Source of the DNA: Candidatus Omnitrophota bacterium
GTDB taxonomy: Bacteria; Omnitrophota; Gorgyraeia; B26-G9
Reading direction: 5' to 3'
Length of the DNA stretch: 64,000 nt
Assembly (NCBI GenBank): GCA_016213925.1
Contig: JACQZH010000021.1
Location: forward strand, 6,295 to 70,294
The position numbers and the translations under genes were made by a program. Shown here piece by piece: positions 9,795 to 18,398 of the stretch. The notes under the pieces are model-generated. The model ran no database searches. It was not told the DNA's origin and was given only the letters and a program-made list of their open reading frames with translations. The number at the start of each line of letters is the position of its first letter. Position 1 is the stretch's first letter.

Positions 9795-9882
9795 GGTAAC
9801 CGGACAGCAGAGTTTGTAAGCGCATATGTAAAGCGAGTAACCATTGGTAACAATTTGTAACCGTTAGTAACTGCTGGTAACC
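9795..9882. promoter_or_regulatory. Array of GTAAC(C) direct repeats phased at 10 bp upstream of rpmF
   Basis: GTAAC begins at 9837, 9847, 9857, 9867 and 9877, exactly 10 bp apart, plus GGTAACC at 9795. A Family-A-like AAAATTCGGGATAA motif sits at 9778-9792. Confidence 0.3.
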
Positions 9883-9936
9883 GATAAAAGTATAACCTGT
9901 TTCAGGAGAATATAAACATAGCAATAGGAGGGTAAA

Positions 9937-10131
9937 ATGGCGCATCCAAAAAGGAAACATTCAAAAACAAGGACAGATAAAAGGCGTACGCATAAGAAGC
10001 TAAAGACTCCGAATTTGGCTTTATGCCCGGAGTGTAAGCAGCCTAAAGTTCCTCATCGGATTTGTCCGCATTGCGGTACTTATAAGGGGAAAAAATATAT
10101 TATCAAAAAAGAGAAAAAACCCAAAAAATAA
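9937..10131 (+). CDS. rpmF: 50S ribosomal protein L32
   Basis: MAHPKRKHSKTRTDKRRTH...CPECK...CPHCG is a canonical L32. RBS GGAGGG. Confidence 0.85.
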   Translation: MAHPKRKHSKTRTDKRRTHKKLKTPNLALCPECKQPKVPHRICPHCGTYKGKKYIIKKEKKPKK

Positions 10132-10168
10132 TAAGATTAAATAATAAATATATTTGCAAAGGAATAAT

Positions 10169-11041
10169 ATGAGGATAGCGGTAGATGCAATGGGCGGGGA
10201 TAAAGCTCCGGAAGTTACGGTCAAGGGTGCTTTATTAGCTGCTGCGGAAATTAATGGTGAAATCATTCTCATAGGGCAGAAAGATGCTATTGAACGGGAA
10301 ATGGCATCGCAGAAAAATATACCCTCTAATATTTCCGTTATACATGCGGATGAAATTATAGCCATGGATGAAGCTCCGGCAGTAAGCGTCAGGCGTAAAA
10401 AGGATTCTTCGATTAATGTTGCCGTGAAGATGGTTAAGGATAAGAAAGCGGATGCTGTTGTTTCTGCCGGAAATACCGGAGCGGTTGTTTGTGCTGCCAG
10501 CCTTTTCCTGAAAATTTTACCGGGGATTGAACGGCCGGGAATAAGCGTTTTTTTGCCGACATTAAAAGGCATCACGAATATTGGTGAGGAAGAAACTAAA
10601 GGGCCTGAATTCGTAAAAGAGACTTTTAAATTATTGGAACAGCAAAAAGGCATAAATTTTATCGGCAATGTTGAGGGCAGGGATATTTATGTGGGTGATT
10701 GTGATGTTATTGTTTGCGATGGTTTCCTTGGAAATGTGGTTTTGAAAGTTTCTGAAGGCCTTGCCGAAGCATTTAAGGAAATGCTTCGGCGTAAGCTTTC
10801 AACTAATATTATAACTAAAATTGGCGCATTCCTAAGTGCTCCTGCTTTTCGGGCTTTAAAAAAAGAAATTGATTATTCGGAATACGGAGGAGCTCCTCTT
10901 TTGGGGATTGATGGTATTTGTATAATAGCTCACGGAGGTTCTTCGCCAAATGCGATAAAGAATGCTATCAGAGTAGCCCAAGAGTCAGTGGTGCAAGATG
11001 TTAATAAGCATATCATTGAGGTTATAAACTTCGGTAAATAG
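10169..11041 (+). CDS. plsX: Phosphate acyltransferase PlsX
   Basis: MRIAVDAMGGD at the N-terminus, length ~290 aa, and position after rpmF. Confidence 0.8.
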   Translation: MRIAVDAMGGDKAPEVTVKGALLAAAEINGEIILIGQKDAIEREMASQKNIPSNISVIHADEIIAMDEAPAVSVRRKKDSSINVAVKMVKDKKADAVVSAGNTGAVVCAASLFLKILPGIERPGISVFLPTLKGITNIGEEETKGPEFVKETFKLLEQQKGINFIGNVEGRDIYVGDCDVIVCDGFLGNVVLKVSEGLAEAFKEMLRRKLSTNIITKIGAFLSAPAFRALKKEIDYSEYGGAPLLGIDGICIIAHGGSSPNAIKNAIRVAQESVVQDVNKHIIEVINFGK

Positions 11042-11079
11042 CCTGCGGATCGGATATTCTAAAAAAGGAAAAGCTATAA

Positions 11080-12021
11080 ATGGAAGTAATAAAAACAGCA
11101 TATATTTTTCCAGGCCAGGGTGCACAGTATGCAGGCATGGGCAGGAATTTGTATGATAATTTTGAAAAAGCACGAAATATCTTTAAAAAAGCTGATGAAG
11201 TTCTGGGGTTTGCGCTTAGCGGGGTCTGTTTTAACGGCCCGGCGGATAAGCTAATGCAAAGCGCGGTTTGCCAGCCGGCTATTCTGACATTAAGTATTTC
11301 TGCATTAGAAGTTGTAAAACAGGAATTAAGTGATTCTGTGTTTAAACTTTTTGCCTGTGCCGGGCTAAGCCTGGGAGAGTATTCAGCGCTTGTCGCTTGC
11401 GGAAGTTTATCTTTTGAGGATGCTTTAATGTTAGTGCATAAACGGGGACAGTTTATGGATGAAGCGTCTTCTAAAAATCCCGGTACAATGGCTTGTATCT
11501 TAGGGCTTGATTTTGACAAAACTCAACAGGTTTGCCGGGAAAGCAGAACTGAAATAGCTAATTTGAATTCCCCGGGGCAAATTGTTATATCCGGAACGTT
11601 TTCAGCTATTGAAAAAGCTGAGCAATTAGCACATTCTGCAGGCGCAAAACGAGTTATTAAATTAGATGTGAGCGGGCCTTTTCATTCTTCATTGATGTCT
11701 TCAGCAGCCGAAAAATTGAAAATTGAAATTGGAAAAGTGAAAATAAGCAAGCCGAAAACATTGTTTATTCCTAATGTAACTGCTGAAATTACAAACGATA
11801 CAGATAAAATCAGGGATTTATTAATTAAGCAGGTAGCAAATACTACGCTTTGGCATAAAACAATTGTTAATTTACAAAAAAATGATATTAAAACCTATTT
11901 TGAAATTGGCCCGGGAAAAGTACTGCGTGGATTGTTAGGAAAAATAGACAAGGAGTTAAAAGTAAATAATCTTGAGGTTAGTGCTGATTTTGAACAGTTA
12001 AAAGCACAGATGGGGGCTTGA
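11080..12021 (+). CDS. fabD: Malonyl-CoA:ACP transacylase
   Basis: FPGQGAQY and GLSLGEYSA (active-site Ser) motifs. Confidence 0.8.
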   Translation: MEVIKTAYIFPGQGAQYAGMGRNLYDNFEKARNIFKKADEVLGFALSGVCFNGPADKLMQSAVCQPAILTLSISALEVVKQELSDSVFKLFACAGLSLGEYSALVACGSLSFEDALMLVHKRGQFMDEASSKNPGTMACILGLDFDKTQQVCRESRTEIANLNSPGQIVISGTFSAIEKAEQLAHSAGAKRVIKLDVSGPFHSSLMSSAAEKLKIEIGKVKISKPKTLFIPNVTAEITNDTDKIRDLLIKQVANTTLWHKTIVNLQKNDIKTYFEIGPGKVLRGLLGKIDKELKVNNLEVSADFEQLKAQMGA

Positions 12022-12022
12022 A

Positions 12023-12763
12023 ATGAGATTAAAAGAAAAGGTGGCATTAGTTACTGGAGGAGCAAGAGGTATTGGCAAAGAGATAGCAATGCTATTAGCG
12101 AAAGAGGGCGCTGATTGCGTTATTTGTGATGTTAATGAGGTTGAGCTTAACAGCACAGCGCAGGAAATTGAAAAATTAGGCGTAAAATGCATGCCTGTTG
12201 TTTTGAATGTTACGGATCTGTTGCAATGCGAGCAAACCGTGAACAAAATTATTGACAAATTAAAAAAAATAGATATACTAGTCAATAATGCGGGCATTAC
12301 AAAAGACGGATTGCTGCTAAAAATGAGTGAAGCCGACTGGGATTCGGTAATCAACGTTAATTTGAAAGGGACCTTTAATTGCACAAAAGCAGTTTCAAAG
12401 GCCATGATAAAACAAAGATCAGGCAGGATTGTTAATATTGCTTCAATCATAGGCCTTATGGGTAATGCCGGTCAGGTTAATTATGCTGCTTCAAAAGCAG
12501 GAATCATAGGCCTGACAAAAAGTGTGGCAAAAGAAATAGCAAAGCGGAATATAACGGTAAACGCAATAGCGCCGGGGTTCATTGAATCAAAAATGACGGA
12601 AATTTTGCCGGAAGATGTTAAAACAGCGATGCTTAATCAGATTCCTTTGGCAAGGTTTGGCAAAGCTGAGGATGTGGCACAATTAGTGCTTTTTTTAGTC
12701 AGTGATGACGCAAGCTACATAACGGGGCAGGTCATCAGTATAAACGGCGGAATGTTGATGTAG
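12023..12763 (+). CDS. fabG: 3-oxoacyl-ACP reductase
   Basis: SDR Rossmann TGGARGIG and the catalytic YAASKAG motif. 246 aa. Confidence 0.8.
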   Translation: MRLKEKVALVTGGARGIGKEIAMLLAKEGADCVICDVNEVELNSTAQEIEKLGVKCMPVVLNVTDLLQCEQTVNKIIDKLKKIDILVNNAGITKDGLLLKMSEADWDSVINVNLKGTFNCTKAVSKAMIKQRSGRIVNIASIIGLMGNAGQVNYAASKAGIIGLTKSVAKEIAKRNITVNAIAPGFIESKMTEILPEDVKTAMLNQIPLARFGKAEDVAQLVLFLVSDDASYITGQVISINGGMLM

Positions 12764-12787
12764 CGGTTGAAAGGAGGAAGTAGAAAA

Positions 12788-13030
12788 ATGTCAGTTGTAG
12801 ACAAAGTCAAGGCAATTATCGTAGATCAATTAGGGGTAAAAGCAGAGGAAGTAACTTCAACGGCATCTTTTGTAGATGATCTTGGAGCAGATTCTCTGGA
12901 TACGGTAGAGTTAGTAATGGCTCTTGAGGAAGAGTTTGGTATTGAGATTCCTGATGAAGATGCTGAGAAAATGACTACTGTGGGCGAAGCAATAAAATAT
13001 ATTGACGAAAAAACAAGCTCAAAGGAATAA
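12788..13030 (+). CDS. acpP: Acyl carrier protein
   Basis: [21 protein letters not shown] with the phosphopantetheine Ser. The start was moved to the ATG at 12788 after AGGAGG. Confidence 0.85.
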   Translation: MSVVDKVKAIIVDQLGVKAEEVTSTASFVDDLGADSLDTVELVMALEEEFGIEIPDEDAEKMTTVGEAIKYIDEKTSSKE

Positions 13031-13069
13031 ATCTCACAAACTTAAAATTGAGAGCTAGCACGAATTATA

Positions 13070-14308
13070 ATGAACGATAGACAAGTTGTTATTACGGGCA
13101 TTGGCATTGTCAGCCCTGTCGGAAATTCAAAGCAGGAATTTTGGCATTCTATATGTGAAGGGAAAAGCGGGGCTGGTTATGTAAGTTATTTTGATGCCAG
13201 TGAATTTACTTCCAAAATTGATGCGGAAGTAAAAAACTTCGATCCTTCCTGTTATATTAATCCCAAAGAGCTTAAAAGAATGGACAGGTTTGTCCAATTT
13301 GCTGTTTTCGCGAGCAAATCAGCTTGTGAGGATTCCGGCTTGGACATGGACAAAGAAGATAGGACCCGTATTGGAGTAATTATTGGTACCGGAATCGGCG
13401 GTTTGCATGTAATCGAAGAGCAACAGAAAAGCTATCTTGAACGCGGGCCGAAAAAGATATCTCCTTTTTTAATCCCAATGCTTATTGTAAATATGGCTCC
13501 AGGCCAGGTATCAATAAGCCTTGGCATAAAAGGCCCGAATTCCTGTGTTACAACCGCGTGTGCTACCGGAGGCCATTGCATTGGCGATGCGTTTAAAATT
13601 ATACAGCGCGGAGATGCTGAAGTAATGTTTGCCGGCGGGACAGAAAGCTGTATTACTCCGCTTGGATTCGGCGGATTTTGTTCTTTAAAAGCCCTTACTA
13701 CGCGCAATGATGATCCTGTGCGCGCATCGCGGCCATTTGACAAGGAACGAGACGGTTTTCTTATGGCAGAAGGTTCTGGTATAGTAGTGCTGGAAGAATA
13801 TGAGCATGCTAAGGCAAGAGGAGCGAATATTTACGCGCAGATATCCGGATATGGAATGAGCGGAGATGCTTATCATATGACAGCGCCCGATCCTGACGGA
13901 GACGGCGGAGCTCGTTGTATGAATTCAGCGCTTAAAGACGCGAAATTAAATCCTGAAGATGTGGATTATATCAATGCGCACGGTACTTCGACGCCGCTCA
14001 ATGACAAGGTTGAAACCCTGGCAATAAAAAGAGTGTTTGGAAATTACGCTAAAAAAGTCGCGATTAGTTCCACTAAATCTGTTACGGGGCATTTACTGGG
14101 AGCTGCCGGCGGGGTTGAATGCGCAGCAGCAGCATTGGCAATAAAGGAAGGAATTATTCCTCCGACAATCAACTATGAATATCCGGATCCTGATTGCGAT
14201 CTTGATTATGTACCGAATAAAGCCAGAAAACAACAGGTTGAAGCCGCAATATCAAATTCTCTAGGCTTTGGCGGGCATAATGTAACTCTTGTGTTGAAAA
14301 AGATTTAA
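13070..14308 (+). CDS. fabF: 3-oxoacyl-ACP synthase II
   Basis: 412 aa with [11 protein letters not shown] (active Cys), HGTSTPLND and GHLLGAAGG motifs. Confidence 0.85.
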   Translation: MNDRQVVITGIGIVSPVGNSKQEFWHSICEGKSGAGYVSYFDASEFTSKIDAEVKNFDPSCYINPKELKRMDRFVQFAVFASKSACEDSGLDMDKEDRTRIGVIIGTGIGGLHVIEEQQKSYLERGPKKISPFLIPMLIVNMAPGQVSISLGIKGPNSCVTTACATGGHCIGDAFKIIQRGDAEVMFAGGTESCITPLGFGGFCSLKALTTRNDDPVRASRPFDKERDGFLMAEGSGIVVLEEYEHAKARGANIYAQISGYGMSGDAYHMTAPDPDGDGGARCMNSALKDAKLNPEDVDYINAHGTSTPLNDKVETLAIKRVFGNYAKKVAISSTKSVTGHLLGAAGGVECAAAALAIKEGIIPPTINYEYPDPDCDLDYVPNKARKQQVEAAISNSLGFGGHNVTLVLKKI

Positions 14309-14335
14309 CAATTTTTGATAAATAATAGTTATCCT

Positions 14336-14376
14336 AAGGGCAACTAATAAAAGTTGCCCTTAATTTTATGTTTTTA
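14336..14376 (+). terminator. Rho-independent terminator after fabF
   Basis: Perfect 9-bp stem AAGGGCAAC / GTTGCCCTT with an 8-nt loop, followed by a T-rich tract. Confidence 0.5.
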
Positions 14377-14382
14377 ACACAT

Positions 14383-14410
14383 TGACACTGATGTTTATTT
14401 TAGGTATAAT
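14383..14410 (+). promoter_or_regulatory. Sigma70-type promoter (TTGACA-16-TATAAT) for the acyl-CoA dehydrogenase/etf operon
   Basis: TTGACA at 14383-14388 and TATAAT at 14405-14410, about 85 bp upstream of the start codon. Confidence 0.5.
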
Positions 14411-14495
14411 AACTTCGTTTTTCATTTTTACGAAACCGATAAGAGTATCTATTCATCTGTTACAAAAATTTGACTAATGAAAGGAGTATGGCAAT

Positions 14496-15665
14496 ATGGA
14501 TTATTTGCTTACAGAAGAGCAGATAATGGTAAGAGACCTTGCACATAAAATTGCTCAGGAAAAACTAAAACCTATTGTGGCAGAACTTGACGAAAAAGAG
14601 GAATTTCCTTCAGCAATTATGAAGCTCTTAGCAGAGGCTGATCTTTTTGGAGTATATATAGAGGAAAAGTACGGCGGAATGGGAGCCGGTGTTATGGAAT
14701 TATGCCTAGTTACGGAAGAGCTTTCCAGAGTTTGCGGCGGTGTTGCTGTAAGCTATGCAGCTTCGGCATTGGGAACTGACCCGATAATTCTCTTCGGTAA
14801 TGACGAGCAAAAGAAAAAATATCTGCCTGTTTTGGCCAGCGGGAAAAAGATAGCTGCTTTCGGAGTGACTGAACCTAATGCAGGTTCTGATGCCGGAGCG
14901 ATTGAAACTACGGCAAAAAAAGACGGGGATTTTTATATACTCAATGGGATGAAGCATTTTATCACTAACGGCGGTGATGCGGAAATTTATGTGATTATTG
15001 CCATGACTGATAAGACTAAAGGGCAGCGAGGTTCTTCCGCTTTTGTGGTTGAAAAAGGGACTCCGGGTTTTACGTTTGGGAAAAAGGAGAAAAAACTAGG
15101 TATCCGCTGTTCTTCAACCCGCGAATTGATTTTTCAGGATTGTAAAATTCCAAAGGCAAATCTTCTCGGAAAAGAGGGAATGGGCTTTATAGTAACAATG
15201 AAGACTTTTGACTTGTCCCGTCCGGGAGTTGCGGCACAGGCAGTAGGAATAGCACAGGGGGCGTTAGATTTGGCAGTAGATTATTCAAGGCAGCGGGTGC
15301 AATTCGGCAAGCCGATATCCAGTTTTCAGGGGATTCAGTTCATGCTTGCGGATATGGCAACACAAGTTGAAGCGGCAAGGGCACTGGTTTACGGCGTAGC
15401 CAGAATGATTGATAGCGGAAATCCCAAGGTGGCTAAGGAATCAGCAATGGCAAAATTATTCGCTTCTGATGTGGCGATGAGAGTTGCTACGGACGCGGTG
15501 CAGATATACGGCGGTTATGGATATATGCGTGAATATCCGGTTGAAAAATTTATGAGGGATGCTAAAATTACACAGATATATGAGGGGACAAACCAGATTC
15601 AGCGCGGGATCATTGCCGCGAATCTGATAAAAGAATCTTTGGCAGCTTCTAAAAAGGCGGCATAA
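14496..15665 (+). CDS. bcd: Acyl-CoA (butyryl-CoA-type) dehydrogenase
   Basis: 389 aa ACAD with MDYLLTEEQ at the N-terminus and YGGYGYMREYP plus IYEGTNQIQR at the C-terminus. It is followed by etfB and etfA. Confidence 0.75.
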   Translation: MDYLLTEEQIMVRDLAHKIAQEKLKPIVAELDEKEEFPSAIMKLLAEADLFGVYIEEKYGGMGAGVMELCLVTEELSRVCGGVAVSYAASALGTDPIILFGNDEQKKKYLPVLASGKKIAAFGVTEPNAGSDAGAIETTAKKDGDFYILNGMKHFITNGGDAEIYVIIAMTDKTKGQRGSSAFVVEKGTPGFTFGKKEKKLGIRCSSTRELIFQDCKIPKANLLGKEGMGFIVTMKTFDLSRPGVAAQAVGIAQGALDLAVDYSRQRVQFGKPISSFQGIQFMLADMATQVEAARALVYGVARMIDSGNPKVAKESAMAKLFASDVAMRVATDAVQIYGGYGYMREYPVEKFMRDAKITQIYEGTNQIQRGIIAANLIKESLAASKKAA

Positions 15666-15672
15666 GAAAAAT

Positions 15673-16461
15673 ATGAATATTGTAGTTTGCATAAAGCAGG
15701 TTCCGGATACTACGGATGTGCGGATTAATCCCCAAACAAATACTTTAATCAGAGACGGGGTACAGTCGATTATTATCCCTTTTGATATGTATGCGATTGA
15801 AGAAGCCCTGCGCCTTAAAGAAAAGTTTGACGGCAAGGTTACGGTAATAACTATGGGGCCGCCGCAGGCAGAAGCAGCTTTACGTGAAGCAATATCTTTG
15901 GGAGCTGATGAGGCGATTCTTTTGTCTGATAGAGCTTTTGCCGGCAGTGATACTTTAGCAACAAGCTACGCTTTAGCAGAAGGGATTAAGAAAATAGGAA
16001 GTTTTGCCGTTATCCTTTGCGGCAAGCAGGCAATTGACGGAGATACGGCTCAAGTAGGCCCGGGAATTTCCGTTTGGCTTAATATTCCGCAGGTTACTTT
16101 TGTGAAGAAAATAGAGGAGTTAAAAGAGGAAAAAGGTAAAAAGGTTTTTCGCGTGAGAAGAATGACGGAAGAGGGCTATGAAGTTATTGAAGTGCCTTTG
16201 CCTTGCCTGTTAAGCGTTGTGAAAGAGATTAACGAACCGCGGATGCCTTCATTAAAAGGTATGATGCGTTCCAAAAAAGCGGAAATAATTAAATGGACAG
16301 CGGAAGATATAAATGCTGATATTAACAAAATCGGCCTTGACGGCTCTCCTACTCAGGTAGTGAAAATATTCACTCCTCCGGCGCGTGAGGGCGGGCAGAT
16401 GTTAATAGGCGAGTGCGGTGAAGTTGCGGAAAAATTGGTAAATTTATTAAGGATAAGATAA
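15673..16461 (+). CDS. etfB: Electron transfer flavoprotein beta subunit
   Basis: MNIVVCIKQVPDT at the N-terminus and 262 aa. Confidence 0.8.
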   Translation: MNIVVCIKQVPDTTDVRINPQTNTLIRDGVQSIIIPFDMYAIEEALRLKEKFDGKVTVITMGPPQAEAALREAISLGADEAILLSDRAFAGSDTLATSYALAEGIKKIGSFAVILCGKQAIDGDTAQVGPGISVWLNIPQVTFVKKIEELKEEKGKKVFRVRRMTEEGYEVIEVPLPCLLSVVKEINEPRMPSLKGMMRSKKAEIIKWTAEDINADINKIGLDGSPTQVVKIFTPPAREGGQMLIGECGEVAEKLVNLLRIR

Positions 16462-16468
16462 AGTAGTT

Positions 16469-17653
16469 ATGGCGATTGAAGTCATTGTGGAAAAATGTGT
16501 CGGCTGTAAAATGTGCGTACGCGCATGCCCTTTTGTGGCTATTGATATGGTCAATAACGTTGCGGTGATCAATGATAATTGTACTCTCTGCGGTGCTTGT
16601 GTGGAAAGCTGTAAATTTGACGCGATTCTTTTACGTAAACATGAAGAAATTGATACGCGTATTGATGAATATGAAAATATATGGGTTTTTGCCGAACAGA
16701 AAAAAGGGATAATTCAGTCGGTAGTGTATGAGTTATTAGGCGAAGGGAAAAAGCTCGCGCAAAAGAGGAATCAAAAACTTGCCGCTGTACTGCTTGGTGA
16801 GAATATTAAAGCAAAGGCAAAAGAATTGATTGAGCGCGGAGCGGATATTGTTTACCTTGTGGATGATCATAAACTAAAAAATTATCAGGATGAAACATAC
16901 GCGGAGGTTTTAACCAAGCTGGTTTTGAAATATAAGCCGGAAATAGTATTAACTGGAGCAACAACTATCGGGCGATCGCTTATCCCCCGTGTGGCGGTGC
17001 AGTTAAAAACAGGCCTTACCGCTGATTGCACCGGGCTTGATATTGATGAGGAAAAAGGCCTGCTGATGCAGACACGTCCTGCTTTTGGCGGCAATATTAT
17101 GGCAACAATAATTTGCCCGAACCGCAGGCCGCAGATGGCTACTGTGCGCCATAAGGTTATGAAGGAAGCGGAAAAAGATTCCAAGCATAAGGGGGAAGTT
17201 ATAGAAGTTAATCCGGCTGATTTTTCCTTGAAAGCCAAAGCTAAACTTCTTGAGGTTATTTCCGAGTTGGAAGAAACGGTAAATTTAACGGAAGCTGATA
17301 TTATTGTTTCCGGAGGGCGCGGTATAGGCTCTGCGGAAAATTTCAAATTATTAGAAGAATTCGCGAAAACTATCGGAGCTGCTGTCGGCGCTTCAAGAGC
17401 GGCAGTTGACAGCGGATATATGCCGTATTCTCATCAAGTTGGGCAGACCGGTAAAACAGTATGCCCGAAAATATATTTTGCCTGCGGAATTTCAGGGCAA
17501 ATCCAGCATCTGGTCGGCATGCAGTCTTCGGATATTATTGTCGCGATAAACAAAGACCCTGACGCACCGATATTTAAGGTTGCTACCTACGGAATTGTCG
17601 CGGATGTATTTGAAATCATTCCCGAACTAACAAAAAAATTCAAAAAGAAATAA
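16469..17653 (+). CDS. etfA: Electron transfer flavoprotein alpha subunit with N-terminal 2x[4Fe-4S] ferredoxin domain
   Basis: The N-terminus has CVGCKMCVRACP and CTLCGACVESC. The C-terminus matches EtfA FAD-binding (IVSGGRGIGSAENF). Confidence 0.8.
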   Translation: MAIEVIVEKCVGCKMCVRACPFVAIDMVNNVAVINDNCTLCGACVESCKFDAILLRKHEEIDTRIDEYENIWVFAEQKKGIIQSVVYELLGEGKKLAQKRNQKLAAVLLGENIKAKAKELIERGADIVYLVDDHKLKNYQDETYAEVLTKLVLKYKPEIVLTGATTIGRSLIPRVAVQLKTGLTADCTGLDIDEEKGLLMQTRPAFGGNIMATIICPNRRPQMATVRHKVMKEAEKDSKHKGEVIEVNPADFSLKAKAKLLEVISELEETVNLTEADIIVSGGRGIGSAENFKLLEEFAKTIGAAVGASRAAVDSGYMPYSHQVGQTGKTVCPKIYFACGISGQIQHLVGMQSSDIIVAINKDPDAPIFKVATYGIVADVFEIIPELTKKFKKK

Positions 17654-17747
17654 GAGTTGTTGTTCTTATCCATCCGGGAAGTTTTTCTTTAGCTTAAGTT
17701 AATAACCAATGAAAGTTATTGTATTTTTAATTTTGAGTGTTTATAAA

Positions 17748-18032
17748 CCCAGATTTTGCAACACGAAAAATCTGCCCGTAGGGGCGATAGTCTACCTGTC
17801 TGCCAACAGGCAGGAATCCGTGTAGGATTTAGACTTGCCAGCGGCCTTGCCGCTAGGCAGGCTATCGAGGTATCCCGAATTTCGCCTGTCTGCTGCCAGG
17901 CAGGCTTGCACCTTTTAATGTTGCGTTGCATTAGAGTAACTCGTTATAATGAATTAGGATAGAAATAAAACAGGTACTTATGTGCAAAATTTGGGATAAT
18001 TCTTGTTTTCTATCGCAATTTTTGGGATAATG
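17748..18032. repeat. Structured intergenic repeat, family A, long copy
   Basis: It shares GGGGCGATAGTCTACCT...CTATCGAGGTATCC(C)GAATTTCGC...TTGCACCTTTTAATGYTGCGTTGCATTAGAGYAACTCGTTATA...GTGCAAAATTYGGGATAA with 26746-26962. Two extra hairpin-forming internal segments are present. The ORFs called inside it are probably spurious. Confidence 0.6.
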
Positions 18033-18068
18033 ATAAAAAATATCAAATATCGAAAAAGAAGGGAAAAT

Positions 18069-18290
18069 ATGAGCCATAAATTTTTTACAGTTATTTTAAT
18101 ATTTATTATGTTATTTTCAGATATGTTGACTAAAAAAGCTTACGCTTATTTAGATCCGGGTACCGGAAGTTATGTTTTTCAGGTAATTATAGCGTTTTTT
18201 GTGGGGGCTTTGTACATTATTAAACTGTTCTGGGCTAGGATCGCGTGTTTTATTAAAAGCTTATTCTTGAAAAAGAAAAAAAAGGAATAA
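18069..18290 (+). CDS. Small membrane protein with YLDPGTGSY motif
   Basis: 73 aa from the ATG at 18069 (RBS AAGGG) with two hydrophobic helices. It lies upstream of a sulfatase-like membrane protein. Confidence 0.35.
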   Translation: MSHKFFTVILIFIMLFSDMLTKKAYAYLDPGTGSYVFQVIIAFFVGALYIIKLFWARIACFIKSLFLKKKKKE

Positions 18291-18398
18291 ATCGGAAATT
18301 TATATAAATGTTCCAGGTTCTTTTCGCGACCCCAGCGGATTTGCTTTTAATAATTCCGTAAAAACAGAAGATTTCCTTTTAATTCCCCGAGAGAAATT

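Noticed and set aside
10021-11519. Long antisense ORFs (10021-10668, 11022-11519; also 1125-1523, 3907-4380, 43973-44467, 52859-53287, 53428-53909)
   Set aside because: They are antisense to well-supported genes (plsX, fabD, exbB, MFS, symporter, efp), have low-complexity composition and have no RBS. They are typical shadow ORFs in AT-rich DNA.
17716-17962. ORFs 17716-17931 (-) and 17756-17962 (+) predicted inside the Family A repeat
   Set aside because: They overlap each other on opposite strands and coincide with a repeated, hairpin-rich non-coding element. Their composition is Arg/Cys/Gln-rich and unlike the rest of the proteome.
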